From Malacoraja senta (taxonomy: Eukaryota): a stretch of DNA of 64,000 nt. The notes beneath the pieces are model-generated. The model did not search any database, was not told the DNA's origin, and worked only from the letters and a program-made list of their open reading frames with translations. This document shows positions 1 to 11,485 of this stretch, in pieces. The stretch covers positions 7,132,001-7,196,000 of the forward strand of contig CM075995.1 of the NCBI GenBank assembly GCA_038087875.1. Reading direction: 5' to 3'. The position numbers were made by a program, and so were the translations under genes. Every line of letters starts with the position of its first letter. Position 1 is the stretch's first letter.

Positions 1-114
1 ATGTTGGTCAGTGTGGGCAAGTTGGGCTGAAGGGCCTGTTTTCCAGGCTGTGTGACTCCATGTCTCGTGCAACATTGGTCTCTGCATTTATTCCGCGTCC
101 AATTCTTTGCCACC

Positions 115-530
115 ATCGGCTGTGGAGGCCACGTCCGTGGATATTTTTAAGGCAGAGATAGATAAGATTCTTGATGAGTACGGGTGTCAGAGGTTATGGG
201 GAGAAGGCAGGAGAATGGGGTTTAGTTTAGAGATACAGCGCGGAAACAGGCCCTTCGGCCCACCGGGTCCGCACCGACCAGCGATCCCTGCAAATTAACA
301 CTATCCTACACCCACTGGGCAAAATGTTTACATTTAACAAGTCAATTAGTCTACAAACCTGTACATCTCTGGAGTGTGGGAGGAAACCGAAGATCTCGGG
401 AAAAAACCCACGCAGGTCACGGGGAGAACGTACAAACGGTTTAGGAGGGAGAGATAGATCAGCCATGATTGGATGGCGGAGCAGACTTGATGGGCTGAAT
501 GGCCTAATTCTGCTCCTATCACTTGTGATC
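115..530 (+). mobile_element. CR1/HER1 LINE 3' end fragment, interrupted by a V-SINE at ~221-437
   Basis: AVEATSVDIFKAEID..GYGEKAGEW C-terminus; the 3' UTR (gatgggctgaatggcctaattctgctcc) resumes after the SINE. Confidence 0.8.
221..437 (-). mobile_element. HE1-like V-SINE, 5'-truncated
   Basis: V-domain gttctccccgtgacctgcgtggg...ggtttcctcccacactcca and (ctaaa)n tail on the minus strand. Confidence 0.85.
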
Positions 531-640
531 TCCACTCCCGCAGTTTCGTTTATTATTTTTTAGTTTCGGGATACAGAGCGGAAACAGGCCCTTCGGCCCA
601 CCGGGACCATGCCGACCAGCGATCCCCGCACATTATAATC

Positions 641-1588
641 ATTTTATTTTATTTATTCTTTTACTGGCGCCTTTCTAAAGCCCAAGGACACCTTACAATG
701 CATAGAATCACAAAAAAATACAAAACACATAATCGGAGTAAATTAAATATAAAAACACCACAGTACACAAATCAAGGACAGAATTCAATTTCAAGAGCAC
801 CAAAAGAAAATAAGAAACACAATTTGAGGAGAGAGCAGCGGCGACCAATTCGCGCCAGCGTCCACTCTCCCCTCCGACCGCCATCTTGTACACGGACTAA
901 CAGGCACAGCACACAAAAATCATCCCCCCACAATGACCACCACTGTGGGGGAAGGCACAATGTCCAGTCCCCAACCCAGTTCTCCCCAGAGTCAGGCCCA
1001 TCGAGGCCACCACAGTTGCCTCTACGGAGGCCCGATGTTCCTGGCCGTCGGGAGAGTCCTCGCAGCGGCTGGAACGGCCGGTTTCCCAGCGGAGTCGATG
1101 GCACCTGAAGCCGACAGGGCCGCGCCGATTTGGAGCCACGAGACTCCCGATGTTGGAGTCGGCGCCGCGGCTGGTCGTTCCGCAGCCCCGCAGCCCGGAG
1201 GTGTTGATGTCGCCGGTCAACGCATACCGGAGCTCCACCGCGTCGATCCAGCGCGGCGACCCAGGCAAGGCACCGCCCGCTCCGCTCCACGATAGCGCTC
1301 CAGCGCTGTGCCACCACCGAAGCTGAAGGTGCTGGGCGGTCCGCGTCAGGAAAACGGCGCTCCATGCCCGCTGGTAGGCCACGAGGACGGGTCGACGAGG
1401 CAGCCTGGAGAAAAAGCTGCCTCACCGACCAGGTAGGGACCTAGAAATAGTTTCCCCCTTACCCCCCCCCCACATTAAAAGTCAAAATCCCCCAAACAAA
1501 CAAAGAAATAAAAAACACTAAAACTAAAGAAAGAGTGAATTTGACGGACGGCTGCTGTTTAGCAGCCGTTCCTCCAAGATGGCGGCTC
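641..1588 (-). mobile_element. CpG-rich non-coding retroposon with an L2-type 3' tail
   Basis: Minus-strand tail tgtaaggtgtccttgggctttagaaaggcgcc..aataaataaaa; GC-rich body; shared hairpin at 921-956. Confidence 0.55.
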
Positions 1589-1589
1589 C

Positions 1590-1823
1590 ACATTAACACC
1601 ATCCTACGCCCACTGGGGCTAAATTTTACATTTACACCAAGCCAATTAGCCTTCAAACCCGTACGTCTTTGGAGTGTGGGAGGAGGCCGAAGATCTCAGA
1701 GAAAACCCACGCAGGTCACGGGGAGAACGTACAAACTCCGTACAGACAGCACCCGTGGTCAGGATCGAACCCGTGTCTCTGGCGCTGTAAGGCAGTAACG
1801 CTACCGCTGCGCCACCGTGCCAC
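1590..1823 (-). mobile_element. HE1-like V-SINE
   Basis: A box tggcgcagcgg, B box ggttcgatcc and V-domain on the minus strand. Confidence 0.85.
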
Positions 1824-1869
1824 CCGGTTCACATTTCGATCACTCCAAAGACATACAGGTTTGTACGTT

Positions 1870-2080
1870 ATCTGTGGAATTCTCTGCCTGGCGGAGGCAG
1901 GTTCTCTGGATGCTTTCAAGAGAGAGCTAGATAGGGCTCTTAAAAATAGCGGAGTCAGGGGATATGGGGAGAAGGCAGGAACGGGGTACTGATCGGGGAT
2001 GATCAGCCATGATCACATTGAATGACGGTGCTGGCTCGAAGGGCCAAATGGCCTACTCCTACACCTATTGTCTATTGTCT
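1870..2080 (+). mobile_element. CR1/HER1 LINE 3' end
   Basis: EAGSLDAFKRELDRALKNSGVRGYGEKAGTGY* followed by 3' UTR and (tattgtc)n tail. Confidence 0.85.
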
Positions 2081-2087
2081 AAATTAA

Positions 2088-2724
2088 CTGCCCTCTGACT
2101 AAAGAAGTTCCTCCTCACCTCCTTTCTAAAAGAGCGCCCTTTAATTCTGAGGTCATGACCTCTGGTCCTAGACTCTCCCACCAGTGGAAACATCCTCTCC
2201 ACATCCACTCTATCTATGCCTTTCATTATTCTGTAAGTTTCAATGAGGTCCCCCCCCCTCAACCATCTAAACTCCAGCGAGTACAGGCCCAGTGCCGTCA
2301 AATGCTCATCATATGTGAACCTACTCATTCCTGGGATCATTCTCGTAAACCTCTGGACCCTCTCCAGAGCCAGCACATCCTTCCTCAGATATGGGGCCCA
2401 AAATTGCTCACAATATTCCAAATGTGGCCTGACCAGCGCCTTATAGAGCCTCAACGTTACATCCCTGTTTTTGTATACAAGCCCTCTGGAAATAAATGCC
2501 AGCATTAAGTTTGCTTTCTTTACTGCCCATTCGACTTGCAGATTATCTTTTTGGGAGACCTGCACCAGCATTCCCAAGTCCCTTTGCATCTCCGATTTCT
2601 GGATTCTCTCCCCATTTAGAAAATAGTCTACAGCCTTTATTCCTACGACCAAAATGCATGACTCCGCACATTGCTGCACTGTATTCCATCTGCCACTTCT
2701 CTGCCCACTCTCCCAACCTGTCCA
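2088..2724 (-). pseudogene. CR1/HER1 ORF2 fragment (RT C-terminal region)
   Basis: RDLG..V...AVKKANLMLAFISRG..LYKALVRPHLEYCEQFWAP..LERVQR..RTRGH. Confidence 0.9.
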
Positions 2725-2729
2725 TGCCA

Positions 2730-3027
2730 CGGCGGCACAGCGGTAAAGTCACTGCCTCACAGCGCCGGAGACCCAGGTTCGATCCTGACCACGGGTGCTG
2801 CCTGTACGGAGTTTGTTCGTTCTCCCCGTGACCTGCGTGGGTTTTCTCCGAGATCTTCGGTTTCCTCCCACACTCCAAAGACGTACAGGTTTGTAGGTTA
2901 ATTGGCTTGGTAAATGTAAAAAATGTCACTAGTATGTGTTGGATGGTGTTTGTGAGCGGGGACTGCTGGTCGGCGCAGACCCGGTGGGCCGAAGGGCCTG
3001 TTTCCATGCTGAATCGCTATATTAAAG
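2730..3027 (+). mobile_element. HE1-like V-SINE
   Basis: tRNA-like head with B box ggttcgatcc, V-domain, tail gggccgaagggcctgtttcc shared with CR1 3' ends. Confidence 0.85.
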
Positions 3028-3504
3028 TCCTTCTGCAGAGTCCCTGCTTTCTCTACACAACCTGCCCTTCCACCTATTTTTGTATCAGCGCCAGGTATTC
3101 ACATCCCTGTTATGTGATCCCACGCTGGATGGGCTGATGCCAATGCAACCAGTGCAGGTCAGGTCGCCTTGACACCATCAATGCTCTCTGCTGCTGGCCT
3201 CATGCTTGGCGTCCACAGGGGAGGTTGACGGCATTAGGTCGCTTGTTAATTCCCTTGAGCAGACACTTTAGACTTTAGAGACACAGGGTGGAAACAGGCC
3301 CTTCTTCCCACCCAGTCGGTGCCGACCGGCGATCACTCCGTACGCTAGCACTATCCAACACACGAGGGTTAAGTCTGCGTTGACCAGCGAATACCCCGTA
3401 CACTAGCACTATCCTACACACGGATACCAAAGCAAATTAACCTACAAACCTGCACGTCTTTGGAGTGTGGGAGGAAACCGGAGCACCCGCAGAAATCCTC
3501 AGGG

Positions 3505-3895
3505 AATGGAATTTAGAGTATTGTGTTCAGTTCCAGGCGCCATGTTATAGAAAAGATGGTGTCAAGTTGGACAGGGTACAGAGAAGATTTACAAGGATGT
3601 TGCCAGGGCTAGAGGGCCTGAGCTACAGGGAGAGGTTGAGCAGGCTGGGTCTCTATTCCTTGGAGCGCAGGAGGATGAGGGGTGATCTTATAGAGGTGTA
3701 TAAAATCATGAGAGGAATAGATCGGGTGGATGCACAGAGTCTCTTGCCCAGAGCAGGTGAATCGGGGACATGGGGACGTAGGTTCAAGGTGATGGGGAAA
3801 GAGGAATCTGAGGGGTAACTTTTTCACACAAAGGGTGGTGGGTGTATGGAACAAAGCTGCCAGAGGAGGTAGCTGAGGCTGGGACTATCCCAGCG
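3505..3895 (+). pseudogene. CR1 ORF2 C-terminal fragment
   Basis: LEYCVQF.APCYRKD..LDRVQRRFTRMLPGLEGLSYRERL..LERRRMRGDLIEVYKI. Confidence 0.9.
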
Positions 3896-4113
3896 TTAAT
3901 TGGCTTGGTGCGATTGTAAATTGTCCCCAGTGTGTGTAGGATAGTGTTAGTGTGCGGGGATCGCTGGTCAGTGCAGGACTCGGTGGGCCGAAGGGCCTGT
4001 TTCCGCGCTATATCTCTAAACTAAAACTACACACATTGTGAGTGTGCTGCTCTGCTGCCTTTGTGTCTCGTGTGCACCTTCCCTTTGCCATCGGGGAAAA
4101 GCAGAGATAAGAG

Positions 4114-4166
4114 CTATGGAGACACTCTGGCATCGGCCCGCTGTCCGTTTGGTCGCTTGGGCGACC
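4114..4166 (-). CDS. Speculative terminal coding exon, (G)SPKRPNGQRADARVSP*
   Basis: Unique island with ctgac branch-like site and tctttggttacatcag acceptor; frame not established and no homology recognised. Confidence 0.2.
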
Positions 4167-4282
4167 CTGATGTAACCAAAGATATTAGTCAGTGAATATT
4201 GATAATATTAAAGTACGATGAGGGTTTGACCGCACTGGGCCTGTACTCGCTGTGGTTTAGAAGAATGTCCATAGTTCATGCT

Positions 4283-4575
4283 TTAGTTCAGAGATATAGC
4301 GCGGAAACAGGCCCTTCGGCCCACCGGGTCCGCGCCGACCAGCGATCCCCGCGCATTAACACTATCCTACACCCACCAGGGATAATTTTGACTTTTACAC
4401 CAAGCCAATTAACCTACATACCTGTACGTCTTTGGAGTGTGGGAGGAAACCCATGCAGGTCACGGGGAGAACGTACAAACTCCGTACAGACAAGCACCCG
4501 CAGTCGGGATCGAACCCGGGTCTCCGGCGCTGCATTCGCTGCAAGGCAGCAACTCTGCCGCTGCGTCACCGTGAC
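4283..4575 (-). mobile_element. HE1-like V-SINE
   Basis: A/B boxes, V-domain and tail on the minus strand. Confidence 0.85.
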
Positions 4576-4811
4576 CACCTTATAGGAACAGAATTAGGCC
4601 ATTTGGCCCATCAAGTCTACTCCACCATTGAATCATGTCTGATCTATCTATCTCTCGCAACCCCATTTTCCTGCCTTCTTCCCATAACTCCTGACACCTG
4701 CACTTATCAAGAATTTGTCAATCTGCACCGTAAACATATCTTTTGACTTGACCCCACAATTTTCTGTGGCAAAGAATCCTACAGATTCACCACCCTCCAC
4801 CCACAGTTGTG

Positions 4812-5860
4812 GGGAGGACCTCATTGAAACTTACAAACAGTGAAAGACCTGGATAGAGTGGATGTGGAGAGGATGTTTCCACTAGTGGGAGAGTCTAGGA
4901 CCAGAGGCCATAGCCTCAGAATTAAAGGACATTCCTTTAGGAAGGAGATGAAGAGGAATCAGAGGGTGGTGAATCTGAGGAATTCATTGCCACGGAAGGC
5001 TGTGGAGGCCAAGTCAATGGGTGTTTTTAATGTGGATATTGACAAATTCTTGATTAGTACGGGTTATGGGGAGAAGGCAGGAGAATGGGGTTGAGGGAAA
5101 TATATTGGCCATGATTGAATGGTGGGGTAGACATGATGGGCCGAATGGCCTAATTCTACTCCTATTCCTTATGACCTTATGAAAAAACAGGTACAACAGG
5201 CAGTGAAGAAAGCTAATGGCATGTTGGCCTTCATAACCAGTGGATTTGAGTATTGGAGTAGAGAGGTCCTTCTGCAGTTGTACAGGGCCCTGATGATTCC
5301 ACATCTGGAGTATTGCGTACAGTTTTGGTCTCCTAATTTGAGGAAGGACATCCTTGCTATTGAGGCAGTGCTGTGTAGGTTCACGAGGTTAATCCCCTGG
5401 ATGGCGGGACTGTCATATGAGGAAAGATTGGAAAGACTGGGCTTGTGTTCACTGGAATTTAGAAGGATGAGGGGATATCTTATAGAAACATATAAAATTA
5501 TAAATGGGCTGGACAAGCTAGATGCATAAAAAATGTTCCCAATGTTGGGCGAGTCCAGAACCAGGGGCCACAGTCTAAGAATAAAGGGGAGGTCATTTAA
5601 AACTGCGATGAGAAAAACATTTTCACCCAGAGAGTTGTGAATTTGTGGAATTCTCTGCCACTGAAGGCCGTGGAGGCCAATTCACTGGATGAATTTAAAA
5701 GAGAGTTAGACAGAGCTCCAGGGGCTAGTGGAATCAAGGGATATGGGGAGAAGACAGGCACGGGATACTGATTGTGGATGATCAGCCATGATCACAATGA
5801 ATGGCGGTGCTGGCTCGAAGGGCCAAATGGCCTCCTCCTGCACCTATTTTCTATGTTTCT
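4812..5860 (+). pseudogene. Two adjacent CR1/HER1 3' fragments (~4812-5175 and ~5186-5860)
   Basis: ERMFPLVGESRTRGHSL and QQAVKKANGMLAFI..PHLEYCVQFWSP motifs, each with a CR1 3' UTR. Confidence 0.9.
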
Positions 5861-6060
5861 ATCAATGTTTCTGAGGCAGGAAATTGGGGTTGAGCGGGAA
5901 AGATAGATCGGCCATGATTGAATGGCATGGACCCGATGGGCTGAATGGCTTCATTCTGCTCCTATAACATACACTATTGTGGATGAAAGGCAATGGAAAT
6001 AAATGAGTCAATTTGTTAAAATGTTTCATAGTACAATCCTTTAGGTTTTGATTTCATAAT

Positions 6061-6825
6061 TTATCTCAATGGGGTTAGGTTAGGTAAGGGGGAGGTGCAG
6101 CGAGACCTGGGCGTCCTTGTACAACCAGTCACTGAAAGTTGGCGTGCAGGTACAGCAGGCAGTGAAGAAAGCTAATGGAATGTTGGCCTTCATAACAAGA
6201 GGATTTCAGTATAGGAGTAAAGAGGTTCTTCTGCAGTTGTACAGGGCTCTGGTGAGACCACATCTGGAGTATTGTGTACAGTTTTGGTCTCCTAATTTGA
6301 GGAAGGACATCCTTGTGATTGAGGCAGTGCAGCGTAGGTTCACGAGATTGATCCCTGGGATGGCGGGACTGTCGTATGAGGAAAGATTGAAAAGACTAGG
6401 CTTGTATTCACTGGAGTTTAGAAGGATGAGGGGATATCTTATAGAAACATATAAAATTATAAAAGGACTGGACAAACTAGATGCAGGAAAAATGTTCCCA
6501 ATGTTGGGCGAGTCCAGAACCAGGGGCCACAGTCTTAGAATAAAGGGGAGGTCATTTAAGACTGTGAGAAAAAACATTTTTCACCCAGAGAGTTGTGAAT
6601 TTATGGAATTTATGGAATTCCCTGCCACATAGGGCAGTGGAGGCCAAATCACTGGATGGATTTAAGAGAGAGTTAGATAGAGGGGGCTAGTGGAATCAAG
6701 GGATATGGGGAGAAGGCAGGCACGGGTTATTGATAGGGAACGATCAGCCATGATCTCAATGAATGGTGGTGCTGGCTCGAAGGGCCGAATTTCCTGCACC
6801 TATTTTCAATGTTTCTATGTTTCTA
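6061..6825 (+). pseudogene. CR1/HER1 ORF2 3' fragment with UTR
   Basis: ORF 6117-6632 QQAVKKANGMLAFITRG..LVRPHLEYCVQFWSP..; (ctatgttt)n tail. Confidence 0.92.
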
Positions 6826-6949
6826 ATCAAACATAGGACAACACAACACAAGAGCAGTTCCTAGTGCGTAAGATAGAACTGGGTGTAAGTGTGATTTGTG
6901 GTCGGCGTGGACTCGTTGACTGAAGGGCCTGCTTCCCTGCTATATCTCC

Positions 6950-7355
6950 TTTAGTAGGCCCCCCTCGGTCATGACTGGCCATGGGTGATGCATCCTGGTC
7001 GGATGCAAGCCTGGGCGATGTCATGTGGAGGACAGGCTGTTGCCCATGCAGCACGTCCCCCCCCTCTCCACGTCGCTGATCGATCCAAAGGAACAGCAGG
7101 GCCGTTACAGTTTGGCACCAGCGCCGTCGCAGGAGCTGCCGGAGCGAGGTTGTAGACAACGACGAACTGCCTTAGGGGCTCCGACTCCGGATTTACTTGA
7201 GGTTTACTCCAGGAGCCTTTTCCATGACTGGATATGACCACAAGGCAGTGGAGGATTTAAATCAAAGTTTTCCCTTTCCTAGATGGACTGCCTTCCCAGG
7301 CTGACGAGCCCCATCTGCCCGAGACTCGTGGGGGCGGGAGTGTCTACCTTCCCCT
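6950..7355 (-). mobile_element. RTE-related non-autonomous element
   Basis: RTE 5'UTR-like block ggcagtccatctaggaaagggaaaactttgatttaaatcc; 3' end tggccagtcatgaccgaggggggccta resembles the 3' end of 29512-29930. Confidence 0.5.
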
Positions 7356-7825
7356 GCAGTTCTCCAAAATAGAGTCTAAACGTAACTAAACTAAACGACT
7401 TGTGCTGCCACCTTCAGTGAGCTTCGATAATAAAATACATGTTCATTCAGTTCTGTTATTCATTAGCTAAGGATTATTAATACACATAATGCGTCACGTT
7501 TATAGAGTCATACAGCGTGGAAACAAGCCCTTTGGCCTTCTGCAGTTGTACAGGGCCCTAGTGAGACCACACCTGCAGTATTGTGTGCAGTTTTCGTCCC
7601 CTAAATTGAGGAAGGACATTCTTGCTATTGAGGGAGTGCAGCGTAGGTTTACAAGGTTAATTCCCGGGATGGCGGGACTGTCATATGCTGAGAGAATGGA
7701 GCAGCTGGACTTGTAAACTCTGGAGTTTAGAAGGATGAGAGGGCATCTCATTGAAACAAGTCAAGTCAAGTGAGTTTATTGTCATGTGTCCCTGATAGGA
7801 CAATGAAATTCTTGCTTTGCTTCAT

Positions 7826-8637
7826 AGATACATAGAAAATAGGTGCAGGAATAGGCCATTCGGCCCTTCGAGCCTGCACCGCCATTCAATATGATCATGG
7901 CTGATCATCCAACTCAGTATCCTGTACCTGCCTTCTCTCCATACCCCCTGATCCCTTTAGCCACAAGGGCCACATCTAACTCCCTCTTAAATATAGCCAA
8001 TCAACTGGCCTCAACTACCCTCTGTGGCAGAGAGTTCCAGAGATTCACCACTCTCTGTGTGAAAAAGTTTTTTCTCATCTCGGTCTTAAAGGATTTCCCC
8101 CTTATCCTTAAGCTGTGACCACTTGTCCTGGACTTCCCCAACATCGGGAACAATCTTCCTGCATCTAGCCTGTCCAACCCCATAAGAATGTTGTATGTTT
8201 CTATAAGATTCCCTCTCAATCTCCTAAATTCTAGCGAGTATAAGCTGAGTCTATCCAGTCTTTCTTCATATGAAAGTCCTGACATCCCAGGAATCAGTCT
8301 GGTGAACCTTCTCTGCACTCCCTCTATGGCTATAATGTCCTTCCTCAGATTTGGAGACCAAAACTGTACGCAATACTCCAGGTGTGGTCTCACCAAGACC
8401 CTGTACAACTGCAGTAGAACCTCCCTGCTCCTATACTCAAATCCTTTTGCTATGAAAGCTAACATACCATTCGCTTTCTTCACTGCCTGCTGCACCTGCA
8501 TGCCTACTTTCAATGACTGGTGTACCATGACACCCAGGTCTCGCTGCATCTCCCCTTTTCCTAATCGGCCACCATTTAGATAATAGTCTGCTTTCCTGTT
8601 TTTGCCACCAAAGTGGATAACCTCACATTTATCCACA
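7826..8637 (-). pseudogene. Young CR1/HER1 ORF2 3' part, running into an assembly gap
   Basis: VDKCEVIHFG..RDLGVMVHQSLK..RPHLEYCVQFWSP..RVVNLWNSLP, nearly intact. Confidence 0.93.
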
Positions 8638-8837
8638 NNNNNNNNNNNNNNNNNNNNNNNNNNNNNNNNNNNNNNNNNNNNNNNNNNNNNNNNNNNNNNN
8701 NNNNNNNNNNNNNNNNNNNNNNNNNNNNNNNNNNNNNNNNNNNNNNNNNNNNNNNNNNNNNNNNNNNNNNNNNNNNNNNNNNNNNNNNNNNNNNNNNNNN
8801 NNNNNNNNNNNNNNNNNNNNNNNNNNNNNNNNNNNNN
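8638..8837. other. Assembly gap (200 N)
   Basis: Run of N. Confidence 1.
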
Positions 8838-8933
8838 GTTGGAACCTGTACCGAGCTGTACTGATAACAAATTCCACCAGCCTGGCTGTGTGGTCATTAA
8901 AATATACAATACAATACAATACAATACAACAAC

Positions 8934-8998
8934 CTGTGTCTGCAACGGCTCCTCTGCCAGTGACGTCTTCGCCTGCTTCTGCTTCGTCTCCGGGAACG
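8934..8998 (-). CDS. Speculative 65-nt internal exon, open in all three frames
   Basis: GC-rich unique island between ttgtatttgactggaccag acceptor and a weak CAG|gttgtt donor. Confidence 0.22.
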
Positions 8999-9109
8999 CT
9001 GGTCCAGTCAAATACAAAATACTATGAGTATAGAATGTTAGGAGGTCCAGTTGGGATGTATAGGACATTGGTGAGACCACAGAGTATTGTGTACAGTTCT
9101 GGGCAACAA

Positions 9110-9622
9110 GTCATAGGGTGATAGTGTGGAAACAGGCCCTTCAGCCCAACTCACCCACACCGGCCAATATGTCCCAGCTACACTTGTCCCACTGGCCTGC
9201 GCTTCGTCCATATCCCTCCAAACCTGTCGTATCAATGTACCTGTCTAATTGTTTCTTAAACAATGGGATAGTCCCGGCTTCAACTACCTCCTCTGGCAGC
9301 TTGTTCCATACACCCACCACCCTTTGTGTGAAATAGTTACCTATTTCTTTCCCCTTCACCTTGAACCTATGTCCTCTGGTCCTCGATTCTCCGACTCTGG
9401 GCAAGAGACTCTGTGCATCTTCCCGATCTATTCCTCTCATGATTTTGTACACCTCTATAAGATCTCCCCTCATCCTCCTGCGCTCCATGGAATAGAGACC
9501 CAGCCTACTCAACCTCTCCCTGTAGCTCACACCCTCTAGTCCTGGCAACATCCTCGTAAATCCTTTCTGAGCCCTTTCAAGCTTGACAATATCTTTCCTA
9601 TAACACGGTGCCCAGAACTGAA
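9110..9622 (-). pseudogene. CR1 ORF2 3' fragment with UTR
   Basis: VQFWAPCYRKDIVKLER..GLEGVSYRERL..RVVGVWNKLPEEVVEA. Confidence 0.9.
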
Positions 9623-9624
9623 CT

Positions 9625-9955
9625 CCAGTCGTGGAGCCTGCGGACTCACCATCGCGGAGCCGGCCGACTTCGGATGGTGGAGAGCTGCGGTGGCGGAGGC
9701 TTCGACCGCCGGCTGCGGGAGCTTCAATCGCCCCGGTGGATGGTTCGATTCCCCTGACCGCGGGAGAACAAAGAGAAAGAAGATTGGGGACTTTATTGCC
9801 TTCCATCACAGTGAGGAATGTGGGGAATCCACTGTGGTGGATGTTTATGTTAACTTTTATGTAGATGTGTGTCTTGTTGCTTTTTATTAGTATGGCCGTA
9901 TGATAATTCGTATATCACTGAACCTTAATTGGTACATGTGACAATAAAAGACCTA
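9625..9955 (+). mobile_element. CpG-rich non-coding retroposon, 3' part, Rex1-type tail
   Basis: ggagcctgcggactcaccatcgcggag shared with the 23.6-24.3 kb and 61.3-62.1 kb copies; tail ggtacatgtgacaataaa. Confidence 0.65.
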
Positions 9956-10054
9956 TTCCAAAATCGCTGAGACAAATGATTTGGATATTCTAAAACCCAC
10001 AGTTATAAAGGAAATATCTCCTTAATACAGTATGTTGCTTCTCCATTTGTAAAG

Positions 10055-10350
10055 GCTGCATGGTGGCGCAGCAGTAGAGTTGCTGCCTTACAGCACTTGC
10101 AGCGCTGGAGACCCGGGTTCGATCCTGACTACGGGTGCTGTCTGTACGTAGTTTATACGTTCTCCCCGCGACCTGCTTGGGTTTCCTCCGAGATCTTCAG
10201 TTTCCTCCCACACTCCAAAGGTTTGTAGGTTAATTGGATTGGTATAAATGTCAAAATTGTCCCTGCTGTAGGACAGTGTTGATGTGCAGGAATCACTGGA
10301 CTCGGTGGGCCGAAAGCCTGTTTCCGTGCTGTATCTCTTAACTCTAAACT
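10055..10350 (+). mobile_element. HE1-like V-SINE
   Basis: A box, B box gggttcgatcc, V-domain, tail. Confidence 0.85.
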
Positions 10351-10360
10351 ATAATACTAA

Positions 10361-10691
10361 TGGCCCTGAACCACTGTACGAGTTCATTCAAGAGCTCTCC
10401 CGAGTTTAAAAAAAAAATCAAACTCGTGGTAAGCACGGAAAATGAACGTAGCGGGTACGTCGGAACTCGGGGACGTCTCTTAGCGGCTCGTAACGCTAAG
10501 GGCAGGCACTCGGGACGACTTGCTAACGGCAGGTAAGCTCGGGAATACTCGTGAAGATTTTTCAACACATTGAAAAATGTCCACGAGAGCCCCGAGTACC
10601 GACGAGCGGCCATTACCGTGAATCTCTGAGTTCGAATCAGGGCAAACTCGGGAGAACTCTTGGAATGAACTCGTACCGTGGGACAGGGCCA
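10361..10691. mobile_element. PIF/Harbinger-type MITE
   Basis: Long TIRs TGGCCCTGaaCCACtGTACGAGTTCATTC / GAATGAACTCGTACcGTGGGACAGGGCCA; flanked by TAA/TTA. Confidence 0.75.
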
Positions 10692-11485
10692 TTAGACTTA
10701 GTTCCTCCCACACTGTTGAGTGCATTGGGCAGCAAGCTTTTGCCATTCTGTTCAGTGCAACGTGCAACGTCTTCCACCCTCGTTAGGCTTGCGTCCCGGG
10801 CTTCCAAATCCTTCTGGAATGTTCTTTCTCCTCCATGTGAGTTTTGGCCGGCCTCTTTTCCTTCTTCCGTCATGTCATTGCGATCTTAGGTGCACGTTCT
10901 GGTGACATTCTGAGTACATGTCCTGCAGATTTCATCCTGCGTCCCTCCATGTCCTGGCTGAGAGGCTTTGTTGCAGTTTCCCGGTAGATCTCCTGGTTTG
11001 TGACGTGGTCACTGTAGCTAGTCTTCAGGAGCTTCCTCAAGCAGCGTTGTTGGAATGCATCCAATTTCTCTTTCATCTTCACATTGATTTTCCACGTCTC
11101 ACTGGCATAGAGGGCTGCAGGGAGGACTACGGACTGGAAGAGCCTGACTTTTAGCATCTTGGATATCCCGCCACTAGACCATATTGGCTGCATTGGTCTG
11201 AAGACTGATGCAGCTTTACCAATGCGGGAGTTGATGTCGACCTCTACATCTCCATCTGCTGTGAACACGCTTCCAAGATAGGTCAATCTTGTGGCATTTT
11301 CCATAGGTTCCCCATTGATTATCAGTTGGTCTGTTGGCTGCTGGTCTCCAGTCTGCATGGTCTTAGTCTTCTGGCAGCTGATCTTTAATCCAACCTTTGA
11401 TGCATTCTCCTCTAGAGGGGTTGTCATACCTCTTGAAGGGCGTGTCTCGACTCTGCTAGTAGTGCAATGTCATCGGCACAGTCTA

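Noticed and set aside
8001..9080. 359-aa ORF
   Set aside because: Artefact of reading through the N gap into a CR1 fragment.
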